From Camelus dromedarius (Eukaryota), in assembly GCF_036321535.1 (NCBI RefSeq), contig NC_087437.1:7502001-7566000 (forward strand): 64,000 bases of DNA, written 5' to 3'. The notes below the pieces were generated by a model, which saw nothing but the letters and a program-made list of their open reading frames with translations, did no database searches and had not been told where the DNA came from. Below are positions 27,325 through 38,300 of this stretch, in pieces (position 1 is the stretch's first letter; every line of letters starts with the position of its first letter). Made by a program: the position numbers and the translations under genes.

Positions 27325-28120
27325 CAAAGTATGTACAGGTGGCCAACAGGTACATGAAAAGATGCTCAACATCACTAATTATCAGAGAAATGCAAATCAA
27401 AACTACAATGAGGTACCACCTCACACAGGTCAGAATTGCCAACATTAAAAAGTCCACAAATAATAAATGCTGGAGAGGATGTAGAGAAAAGGGAACCCCC
27501 CTACACTGTTGGCAGGAATGTAGCTTGGTGCAGCCACTATGGAGGGCAGTATGGAAGCTCCTTTAAAAATAAAGTTACCATATGATCCAACAATCCCACC
27601 CCTGGGTGTATATCCAAAGGAAACTCTAATTTGAAAATATACATGCACCCCAATGTTCTTATCAGCACTATTTACAATAGCCAAGACACAGAAGCAACCT
27701 AAATGTCCATCAATAAATGATTAGATAAAGAAGTTGTGGTATATATACACAATGGAATATTACTCAGCCATAAAAAAGAATGAAATAATGCCATTTGCAG
27801 CAACATGGATAGACCTAGAGATTATCATACTAAGTGAAGCAAGTCAGACAGAGAAAGACAAATATCATATGGTATCACTTATATGTAGAATTTAAAAAGA
27901 AGATACCAATGAACTTATTTATAAAACAGAAACAAACTCACAGACATAGAAAACACACTTCTAGTTCCCAAAGCCGGAAGGGGAGGAATAAATTAGAAAT
28001 TTGCGGTTAACAGATGCACACTACTATATATATATAAAGTAGATAAACAACAAGGTCCTACTCTATAGCACAGGGAATTATATTCAATATAATGTAACAA
28101 GCTATAATGGAAAAACAAAA
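27325..28120 (+). mobile_element. 5'-truncated LINE-1 (ORF2 C-terminus plus 3'UTR)
   Basis: ORF 27312-27566 translates [24 protein letters not shown]...CWRGC...LHCW, the L1 ORF2 C-terminal cysteine-rich region. Confidence 0.95.
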
Positions 28121-28261
28121 CAGTGTATGGGACCAATGATAAAACCAAGAAAACCAGTTAGCAGGATACTGTAACAATCCAAATGTAAAATGTCATGGAA
28201 ATGAACTAAGTTAGTAACAAACAGGATAGAGAGAAAGGGGTGGATAAAGAGATAAGTGGAT

Positions 28262-28445
28262 GTAGGATGACCAGTCACCCTGATTTGTGTGAGTCTGAGA
28301 AGTTCCCCAAGATGCAGAACTTTTGGTTTTAAAACTGGGCTATTCCTGAGCAAACTGCCCAGTTTTCATGATACTGAGGGGTTTCCCAGAATGCAAGGCT
28401 AGAATGGGGCAAGTCCTGGGCAAAAAGGACAAACTGATCACTTTG
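28262..28445. mobile_element. MER81-like hAT MITE with internal duplication
   Basis: taggatgacca...actgaggggtttccc...aagtcctgggcaaa...tgatcact. The body appears twice in tandem. Confidence 0.55.
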
Positions 28446-28659
28446 CTCAACCTTCTTTCATTTTTTAATAATGACCCAGCTTCTCCTTCCTGCCTTGGCA
28501 TCATTGCAGAAGCTTTTCCCTCCACCCATGACATTGAGCCTATCCCTCCAAAACACTCAGTAACTCCTGGAAAGCTTGAGACAGTTCTCTTCTAAATGTC
28601 ACTAGAACATCTTGGGAGGAGCCAGAAGTAGAAAAACACACTGTATGAATGAACTAGGA

Positions 28660-31600
28660 TAAGCATCACAACTGACTTCCTTCGAAATCAATGTGAACCA
28701 GTAGACAATGGGCTGCCATCTTTAAAATGCTGGAGAAAAAAGAAAATCTAGAATTCTACAGCCACCAAAGTATCCTTCAAAACTGAAGATGAAATACATT
28801 TTCAGATCAACAAAAATCTAAGGAATGTGTCACCAGAAGATCTATGATACAAAGAATGTTAAAGAAAGTTCTTCAACCTGAAAGATAGATACAAATAAGA
28901 TAAAAATTCAGAGATACCAAAGGAATGAAGAACACAAAATAGTGGAAATAGGTAGATAAATAAAAAATAACTATTTTCCATGCTTCTCTTATTTTCTTAC
29001 ACCCTCTCCAGCATTTCTTGTTGGCTTTTTAATGTTATTTTCCATATTTCTTAATTTCCCTTAAAAATGAATTACAATTTAAAGAAATAGTAATAAGCAT
29101 GTATTATGATTGACTTGTAGTTTCTGCTCAGAATGGAGAAAGCTGGAAGAAGTGTCATTTTCACCCTTATAACAAAAATTTAAAATCCCAGATAATCTGC
29201 TCACTATTTTTTCTCAAGCTCAGAAAGATAACAGATGGGTTCGCAAGGCAAACAAATAACCTGAAATCTAAGGAAAAGCATGGGGTCCTGGGACCGAGGG
29301 GACAGGAACAGCTGCTTATGTGACTTAGGACTCCACACAACTCAGTAAAACAATTCAAGCAAAATATTTATTAAATTACTAAAGAGGGGGGAGGGCACAG
29401 CTCAGTAGAAGAGTGAGTGCTTAGCATGCACAAGGCCCTGGGTTCAATCCCCAGTACCTCCCCCCAACAAAAAAATTAAACATTAAAATTACAAAAGAAC
29501 ATATGTAAACTAGTAGGAAATTATAGGACCTCTGGGCGCAACACTCACAAAAGTTTTACCACCTAATTGAAGGCTCTTAGCAATGGATCTCCCAAGAGTC
29601 GCAAGATTAGGGGCAAGGAGACATACTGAACTCAGACCAGTAGAGATCCTTTGCCACTAGCAGAGACGCAGGGTCATCAGCATCCCTGATGTCCAGAGTC
29701 TTGGCACCTGCCTCAGATGGAGATCAAACCCAAACAACACAGGACACACTCCCCACCCGTCACCGTCAGGCCAGCCAGAGTTGTAGTAGACAGCAGAGTA
29801 GTCAGTAACGGCGCTCTAATTCTGGGACAGAGGCAAGAACATGGAGAGAGACACTTTCTGCGGAGCAGATTCAGTGAAGAGAACGGAGGCCAAAGGTAAA
29901 GAAGGCATGGAGAACACCCCTTTAATACACCAGCTGTCAGCCGAAGCACCAGCTAGTGCTAAACGAATTTGAAGGGATCTGGCAAAAAACAAAACTCAGT
30001 CCAGATCAGATCCTCCACGGTAAAGCCCTATCAAAGCGCGAGGCATGCCTGTTTCCATACATACACTTTGTTTATCTCATTCTCCAGTATTCTGTACAAT
30101 ATGTCAACTTTTAACTAAAAATTATGCACCAAAGAAGCAACAGACAAATACTGTGTAAAAAAAAAAATACTGAAAGTGAAAAACACAGAAAGAGAGATGA
30201 ATCATGCCTTTGATGAGATCACCAGTGGACTTAACACAGATGAGGAATGAATCACTAATTTGAAGAGAGGTCAATAGAAGTTACCCCAAAAGAGGTGAAA
30301 GAGAAAAAGAAATGAATAAAATAGAACAGACCAGTGAAGACTGTGGGACAATATCAAACAGTCTAATATATACGTAGTTGCAATTCCAGAAGGGGAAGAG
30401 AGAAAGAATGGGGCAGAAGAAATATGTAGTGGGCTAATGGCTCAAAATTGTCCAATATTAATGAAAAATTAAACTGTCCATTATTAATTGCCCAATATTA
30501 AGACATAGGACCAATAATACAGAGAAACCAACAAAAAATAAATACCAGCTAATAATAGCACCTATATCTAGACTCATCATATTCAAACTGTTGAAAATCA
30601 AAGATTAAAAAAATTCTTGAAATCTTAAAAACACATCTCATAGAGAACAAAGAAAAGAATTATAGTCAACATCTTGTAAGGAACTATGAAAGCCAGAGAT
30701 AATGGAGTGACATCTTTAAATAATTAAAAGAAAAAAAATCTGTTAACCCAGAATACTATACCTAGTGAAAACAAATCTTTCAAAAAATAAAGAATAAAGA
30801 ATTTTCAGACAAACACAAACTGGAAGGATTTATTACAAGTATCCTTGCAGTATAAGAAATACTAGTGGAAGTTCTTTAAGCATGATTGGATATCTATAAG
30901 AAAAGAAACATGAATTTTGATTTTAGTCCTATGCAAAAATCAATTTAGGTAGATTTTAGAAAGCATATAAAAATCCAAGCAATAAAATTTTTAGAAGATA
31001 TTATAGAAGAATATCCTTATGACTTCATGGTATGAAAAATTTGTTTGATAGATTAGACTCCATTAAAATTAGGAACATTCCTTAATGTTCCTTAAATACA
31101 TTAAGTGGAGGAAAAGGGAAACCACAGAATGGGAGAAATAAGCCACAATACACTTAACTGAGAAATTACTTGTATTCATGATGTATGTAGAAGCTTCTTC
31201 AATAAGAGAAAAATAGACAACTCAAGTAGAAGAATGGACAACAGATTTAAGCAGGTAGATAGGCCAAGAGTATTTAGACGGATGTTTAAGTCATTTAGTC
31301 ATCAGTGAAATGTAATTGAAAAGCAAATGAGATCCCATCAGAATGTGTGAAATGAAGGTAACCAACAATAAATACCATGTTTCCAAGGATATGCAGCAAC
31401 GGGAATTCTCATAAACCGTTGGTCAGATTGCTAAAGGTACAACTACTTTGGAAGAAATGTCATTTGCAATGAAAATAAACATACACTTGCTGTCCATAAC
31501 CCAGCAATTCCAAGGAATATGCCCAAGAGAAATGAGTACCTATATCCGTAAAAAGCCTTTTCATGAGAATGTACATTACAGATTGGGTAACAATAGCCCA

Positions 31601-32040
31601 AGACAGGAAACAGCCCAAATGTTGATCAGCAGTAGACTGGGTCAGTAACTCATGGTAGTCACACAACACAATACTCTCTCCAGCCATGAAATGAGTGAAC
31701 ATATGGCTACACGCAGTAGCCGAGAGGAGTCTTAAGATCAAAATTTTAGTGAAAGAAGCCAGACAGGAAAGAATGCCTACCACACAATTCCACTTACGTA
31801 AAGTTCAATATCAGGCAAAATTAATCTCTGGTGGTAAAATCCAGATAAAGGAAACCTCTGCAGACAATAGTAGGGTAGTGACTGGGAGGGAGCTCCAGGG
31901 GTGCTGATAATTTCTTGATTTGTGCAGTAATTACCAGTGTGTTCACATTGTGACAGTTCCTTGCACTGTACACTTAGGGTTTGTGAACTTTCCTGCACGT
32001 ATGTTAGAATTCAATAACATGTGTATGTTTAAAATAATAA
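28660..32040 (+). mobile_element. Old LINE-1 composite (ORF1 piece, 5'UTR, ORF1, ORF2 end with large internal deletion, 3'UTR)
   Basis: ORF1 motifs (ctgtgggacaatatcaaacagtctaatata; aatggagtgacatctttaaa) and ORF2/3'UTR motifs (acccagcaattcc...; gtgaaagaagccagac). Confidence 0.75.
29384..29482 (+). mobile_element. tRNA-derived SINE (Vic-1-like, short form)
   Basis: gggcacagctcagtag...gggttcaatccccagtacctcc with an A-tail. TSD-like ttaaattactaaaga / ttaaaattacaaaaga. Confidence 0.85.
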
Positions 32041-32111
32041 AAATAGAGCATAGCAAAGTGAAGCATATTGAGTTCAAAAGTTGAGTAAAATTAATGACCA
32101 TAATTTCCTTC

Positions 32112-32249
32112 TTTTTTTTTTTTTTTTTTTTTTTTTTTGTAGGGGGGAGGTAATTAGGTGTTTGGTTTTTTTACTGGAGGTACTGGGGATTGAAACCAGA
32201 ACCTCGTGCATACTAAGCATGTGCTCTACCGCGGAGCTGTACCCACCCC
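32112..32249 (-). mobile_element. tRNA-derived SINE (Vic-1-like) with long pure poly(A) tail
   Basis: Long T-run, then ggggaggtaattagg...ggggattgaaaccagaacc. TSD-like aatgaccataa / aatgactgtaa. Confidence 0.85.
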
Positions 32250-32934
32250 AATGACTGTAAAATTGGTGACTATTTGTTGTCAGTTCGATCTGAGTTTTTC
32301 CTGTTCACCAACGTTGTGCACTGGGTGAGTGGGTGTGGCGTGGGTCCTGTTCTCCAACAACAGTCCTGTGGAGCCTGAAGTGTGAGTCAGTTCAGGGACC
32401 TCAGCCTTTGAGTAAGCAGTGCCTAGCAGGCAGCGTTCCCCTGCCCTTTTCCAGCACCCTTTTCCTGTTCACTTGATGCTCCCTCCCTGCTGAGAGGTCT
32501 CTGGAATTAACCAGAAATAAATGGGCAGCTGTAGCCTACAAAAAGGGGTGCCTTAGGTAATCCCTCTGTGATGAATCATCTAATTTGTTATTAATTCTTG
32601 TCCTTTTTATTCCAAGAGAAGGCAGAAGGCAGTGCCTAGGATCCCTCCACTGATGAATACTATTTGCTGTTTACTTGTCAGTAATGGAGAGGATTGATTT
32701 TTCTAAAATATACGGTAATTATAACCATACCTATGCTCATCTGGGCAGCCCCTTACACCATGTTTTGTTTTTATGTGCATTATCTCACTTGATCTTCCTA
32801 AGAATCTTAACAAGAGAGTGGGCAAGCATTACAATATCCCTTTTATTCAAGAAGAAACTCAGGTTCTGATAAATCTTGAGAGATAAACATTCACATTAGA
32901 AATGAGTAGGGAAAGGCGAAGTATCAATATCACT

Positions 32935-33235
32935 GCCTGAGTTCGGATTTCGCCAGACGCAGATGCTAAGCCAAAGATAGAAGTGCAAAGAGCTTGCTTG
33001 GGAGAAGGGAATGCTGGAAGGGGAACAGAAAAGAGAGACAAGGAAGGGGAAGCAACTGATAAAAGGCAAGTTATCAATTCAGATCAATTCATCTATAACT
33101 GAAAGTTACTGGGATTTAATCCTGCTCTGGGAGCCAGGGTGGTATACATGCCTTAGAATGATCTGGCCCAAAGAGCGAAAGAACCAGGAGCTGGGGTATT
33201 TGTCTGCCAACGTTGGGGGACCATAAAAGTCCTAA
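32935..33235. mobile_element. Ancient ERVL-type LTR fragment (LTR33/LTR16-like)
   Basis: gagttcggatt...gcagatgctaag...aagtgcaa...gagacaaggaagggg. Confidence 0.5.
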
Positions 33236-33399
33236 GGCAGAAGATGTGGGTGCTGACAGTCGGAAATCAGGCCCCAAGGCACTGATGTGTGTGATGATAT
33301 AGACAGGAAATTAATGGGTCTGCTCTGCTTGGTGAGTAAGTGTATTTTCTCATCGTTTGTGATTTTCTTTTTCTTCCTACTCAAGAGTTCTCTCTAACA

Positions 33400-33775
33400 T
33401 CTGGGGACTCAGGGACGGAGCATGTGTCCTAAACTGGCCCAATCTGAGTGACCTGCTAACTTTTTCTAGATATCTAAGGAAAATTTCCCACTTTATCCTG
33501 CTGACTGTGGAAAAAGAAGCCTGTTGGCCCAGCAACTGCTGGGAGTCACCTCGACATTATAAAGAGAGTGAATCTGGGGAATAAATCCATACTGTGGAAG
33601 GCAGGGTAAGGACACAGAAATGAATTCCTTAGTGTACTATGAGCCCCTGGCTCAAGGCTGACCTGAATCAAGCTGAAAAATCAGACTTTGTCATTAATTA
33701 AAATAATTACCTTTAGTGTCTAGGCAAGTCTGAGCCTCTTACTTTTTTACTTACAACAGAAGGATTCCAACAGAT
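33400..33775 (+). mobile_element. MaLR (MLT1-like) LTR fragment
   Basis: catgtgtcctaaactggcccaatc...gagcccctggctcaagg...acttacaac. Confidence 0.55.
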
Positions 33776-34094
33776 ATAAAAACATATCATCTAATTGAAA
33801 ACACTATCATTGTACGAATCATCATTTTACATACTACTGGGTGGAAAATGCTTCCAATTAAACTAAGAACCATTGCTTTATATCCCTTAGGTTTTTCAAT
33901 TTTCTATACTTTTTCAAAGATCTGCCAGACTTTTACAGATGTAGTTTTTTCCTTCTATCATGTAAGTTTGGGGGGCATTCATTAGAAAGGGCATATGAGT
34001 GAAATAGTCTAGTTAAGATAATCTCACAATGTGTTCTCACTTAGAGCCCAACTCTTTTCATATCATTTCAGTCATCATCATATAAATCACCATT

Positions 34095-34141
<47 letters not shown>
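34095..34141. repeat. (CAT)n microsatellite
   Basis: Perfect TCA/CAT run with a degenerate flank. Confidence 0.95.
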
Positions 34142-34144
<3 letters not shown>

Positions 34145-35199
34145 CGGGTTCCTACAGGTATCCTCCTTGGGAACACGGCTTTGTTTACAAGCCCAGCATG
34201 TTTCTGCAATTTCCTCTATGCCCCACGTATCTATTCTGCAAGTTTTGATGCTTACTATTTCTTGTGTGTGATAGGCAATATTTTAGCATCTATATAAGTA
34301 AGAAAACCTTACACATCATCTGCTGTGGATTTCTTCTTTCCTAGATCTCATAAAGCATTTGGCTGCAGCTTTGCAAGAAAATATAGCATAGGTTTATTCT
34401 TCTGATGGAAATGTTTGCTTTGCAAATAGCAAATTTATGCCCCCACTGCTTTCTTCCTTTGCTTTTCTAGGCAGACAATAACTTTTCACCTTTAAATCAT
34501 TGTGAAAATTTTTTAAAAAACAGGAGTGGAATTTAGTATACATAGTGTATTTCAATAATGTCCAGAGCTCAATTGATGTCATAACAAATAACCAGCTATG
34601 CCCAAGTCTTGGTCATGCACACAGGCAGTGATAACTATGTCATGATTGTTGCCTGGCTGAAAGCCAATTTAAGATGCCCTAGATTGTACATTACATGACA
34701 ACTTTAGAGATACTCAGAGCAAACAAGTGGATTTTTAAAAATTCTTCAACATTAGAGCATACTTTAAGGAACATCAAATTCTCATGTTCAAAGTATTAAA
34801 AAATATAAAGAAATGTTAAACAATAAAAAATGTAAAAGAATTCTAACTCTAGTAATAAAATGGAAGGAGATGAACATCCTTAGTGAAATAAGGCAAAAGG
34901 TGTATTGAAAGACTAGACTAGTAGAGATGAGTGGATTCTACATCATGAGATATGTGATAATGTACTTCAGCTACTTTAAGATGCAAATCTGATGGCTGTC
35001 CTGAGTCCTTCTCACTGCCTGCCCATTTTACATTTATTGAAAAGAGCCTTCTGAAAATGCTGTATCTCATGGATTGGTGTCTATCAGTCACTTGTCACTA
35101 TTCCAACCTTACCACGCCTTGAATTTCTGGGCTCTCTTTATTCCTTTCCATTTCCACCTACAAGCCAGCTAATTGTTTTCAAAATCTCAATTTTTTTTC

Positions 35200-35725
35200 T
35201 TGAACTCAGTCGCAAAAGGTAACCAATAGCATCACCAAATTTCACCAGGTGTTTTGCCAGAGGATAACAGAATCACCACGTTTCCAGCCACTACATACGT
35301 TTTTTCACTTCCTACTGCCCAACTATGACCCTTATGCCACATATTTTAAAGTTTTGCTTTTTTTCTTTTGTTTTTATGGCAGCCCTCGCTTCTAGTACCA
35401 ATACTTGTATTGGTACATAGAGTTAGCCGAAGCTGAAGTAAGAAACAAATCCTGAAACTCCAGTGGGCGAGCATAACGAAGATTCATTTTTCACAAGTGT
35501 GTATGCTGTTATTCACTGGTGACTCCCTGGGTTAGCAGGTATCTGGGCAAAACACCTTTCACTTTTAATCTTGTGATGAGGTTTCCAGTTTATGGCAGAA
35601 GGGGAGAAAGATCTGTAGGGTAACATCATTAGCAAAAATTCATCACACAATCATGTAACCTGAAAGGCAGCTAGAAATTATAAGTGAGCATGTGGATGTG
35701 TGGTGAGCCTTCAATGTCTCTGACA
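35200..35725 (-). mobile_element. MaLR LTR with attached internal sequence
   Basis: The junction gcagccctcgcttctagtaccaatact|tgtattgg resembles an MLT-int/LTR boundary. Confidence 0.55.
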
Positions 35726-35944
35726 CTGCGTATTATGAGTATTAGTTATGAGCATTGAGTTTTGTACTGGAAAATGTAAATCCATTTTATACAGATCACT
35801 ACTACCCGTCCCAAAAGAAAAAAAAACCAATAGAAGTTATTTTTTAAGAAGTTTATCAAGGAAGGAGAAAAGGCTAAAAGAATTTATTCCAAACTGATAA
35901 ACATAATGCAATACCTTATGTTCAGAGAAATATATTCTGGTTTT

Positions 35945-36025
35945 CAACAAGGACCTACTGTATAGTACAGGGAACTAAATTCCATTTCTTGTAATGAGCT
36001 GTAATGGAAAATAATCTGAAAAATA

Positions 36026-36089
<64 letters not shown>

Positions 36090-36165
36090 ATTGAATCACT
36101 TCGCTATACTCCTGAAACTAACATTTTAAATCAACTATACTTTAATAAAAAATAAACATTAAAAA
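35945..36165 (+). mobile_element. Short LINE-1 3' end containing an (ATATGT)n repeat
   Basis: caacaaggacctactgtatagtacagggaact...aaatcaactatac. TSD-like atattctgg on both sides. Confidence 0.85.
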
Positions 36166-36329
36166 ATATTCTGGCTTTATTTGTATGTCAAATACATCAA
36201 GCATAATTGACTACTGTATAGGACATGTATTTAGATATCTTTACCTTATAAAGTTTTAGCATCTTTGACAGTATATTTGCAAATATTAATAAAATTACTG
36301 TTTTAAGTTATGATGTAATTTTAATCCTA

Positions 36330-38300
36330 GTTTTCTCACAAAAATACAAACTATGAAAACAGAAAACTGTGAAAAAAAGAAAATGACAATCATAATCTTG
36401 CTTCCCAGTAACGACCACTGTTAGCATTTGTATTTATTTTCTTTAAGTTTTCACATTCTTAGTTTATGCTATGGATACAATAGTCCAATATTAACGGCTA
36501 TCCTTTCCTTTTGCTAAATATTTAATAGAGGATTTTTCCATACTAGCCAAAAATTGTTTATAAACATCATTTAATAGCTATTCAATCAACTGCATAAATG
36601 TGACATACTTTATATAATTACATCCTACTTGTTGGACATTCAGGTTTCTTTCCAATTTTCTAAATTATAAGTTAAAAGAAATGAGTCTCCATGCATATAA
36701 ATCTTTAGACTTCTGAATGTTTCATTAGTATAGATTCCAAGGAGTGTAATTACTGGATTAAGTACTAATGATTATTGGTAAATTTATTTCCAGAAATATA
36801 CTAATTTGTATTCCTACCATCAGTATACAAATATGTCCACCTTACCAAACTTTCATCAGTACCAATGTACATACACACATGCACACACACTATATATATA
36901 TATAATATATATTTGTTAATTTGAGAGAAGTAAAAATACTGTCTTGTTGCTATATTCTATGTGTGTTATTTTTTGAGGTTAACATTTTATGTAATTGAGG
37001 AATGATTTTTATAAACTAAAATAAATACTTTAAGGTTCAAATAAATACTTTAAGTTTGATAAGTTTTGACAAATGTGTACAGCAGAGAGACCACCACTCC
37101 AATCAAGATACAGAATATTTTGATCATTCCAGAAAGTTCCCTTCTGCCCATTTTAAGTTAATCCTCCCCCATAAGCAGGCATTATTCTGATTTCATAGTT
37201 TTTAACATCAACTCTATTAAAGTTAACACCAAAATGCAGCCCTTTCATAGGATATGAGTCAATGAGCTTCAACAATGTGTATGTGTGTGTATAACTAACA
37301 TCCCAATGAAGACGGGAGATTTCTATCACCTCAGAAATGCCTTCTTGTTCTAGTCAATCCCCTTTACCTCTGGCCTTGAACAGTCATTGATCTGCTTTCT
37401 GTCACTGTGGATTGATTTTGCCTAGTTTAGAATTTTTCTATTGAATAAATACCTAGGGGTGGAATTGATGTATCCTGTAGTGAGTCTATGCATAACTTGA
37501 ACTCTACTGCAAAACTGATTTCCAAAGAGCATACTCATTCTGACTAGCACGTATGAGACTGTCATTTGCCCCACTTCTTGCCAACATGTGAAAGTGTCAG
37601 TTTTTTCAGAAAATTTAGTCATTCTTTGAGTGTGTAGTGGTATCTTATCATTTTTTAATTTGCATGTCCTCAATGACTAACGACGTATGTCTTTCCGTGT
37701 ATATAAGCCATTTGTATACCCAATTTTGTGAAGTATCTCTCCAGATATTTTACCCATCTTTTTAAAAATTGGGTTATTTGTCTTATTATTGAATCATAAG
37801 AGTTTTTGGTTTGCTGGACACTTCTCTCTACCAGATATATGTATTGTGAATTTTTTTCCCAGTCAGTGGCTTTTCTTTTCCTTTTCCTAATAATGTCTTT
37901 CAAAAAGCAGTTTCTTTTTTCCAACTTTTTTTATACAACTTTTGTTACCTGGTTAGTGCTTTTTGTAACCTGTCTTTTTTTTACCCCAAGTTAACAAAGA
38001 TTTTCTTCTTATTGTCCTCTAGAAATGTTGTAGAGTTAGCTCTTACATTTAGATCTATGGTGCATTTTGCATTAATTTTTCTGTATAGTGTGAGTTAAGG
38101 GTCAAGGTTCATTTCCCCCTCAAAAGAATATCTAATTGTTTCTGTATTGTTAACTAAAGAGACTCTACTTTCCCCACAGAAATGCTTTGGTATCTTTACT
38201 GAAATTCAATCAATCCTACATAAATGGATCTGTTCTGAAGTCTCTGTTTTGTTGCTTTGGTTTATATGTCTGTCCTTGCATCTGTACCATATGGAATTGA
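36330..38300 (-). mobile_element. Nested old LINE-1 fragments, antisense
   Basis: T-rich plus strand. Minus-strand ORF 37670-37924 shows L1-like words (KATDWEK...QMA). Confidence 0.75.

Noticed and set aside
31071..31092. Short hairpin aggaacatt-cctt-aatgttcct (similar one at ~43665-43698)
   Set aside because: The stems are too short for a pre-miRNA and compatible with chance or micro-inversion.
34031..34297. ORF with a long poly-histidine tract
   Set aside because: It is the translation of a (CAT)n microsatellite with no exon context.
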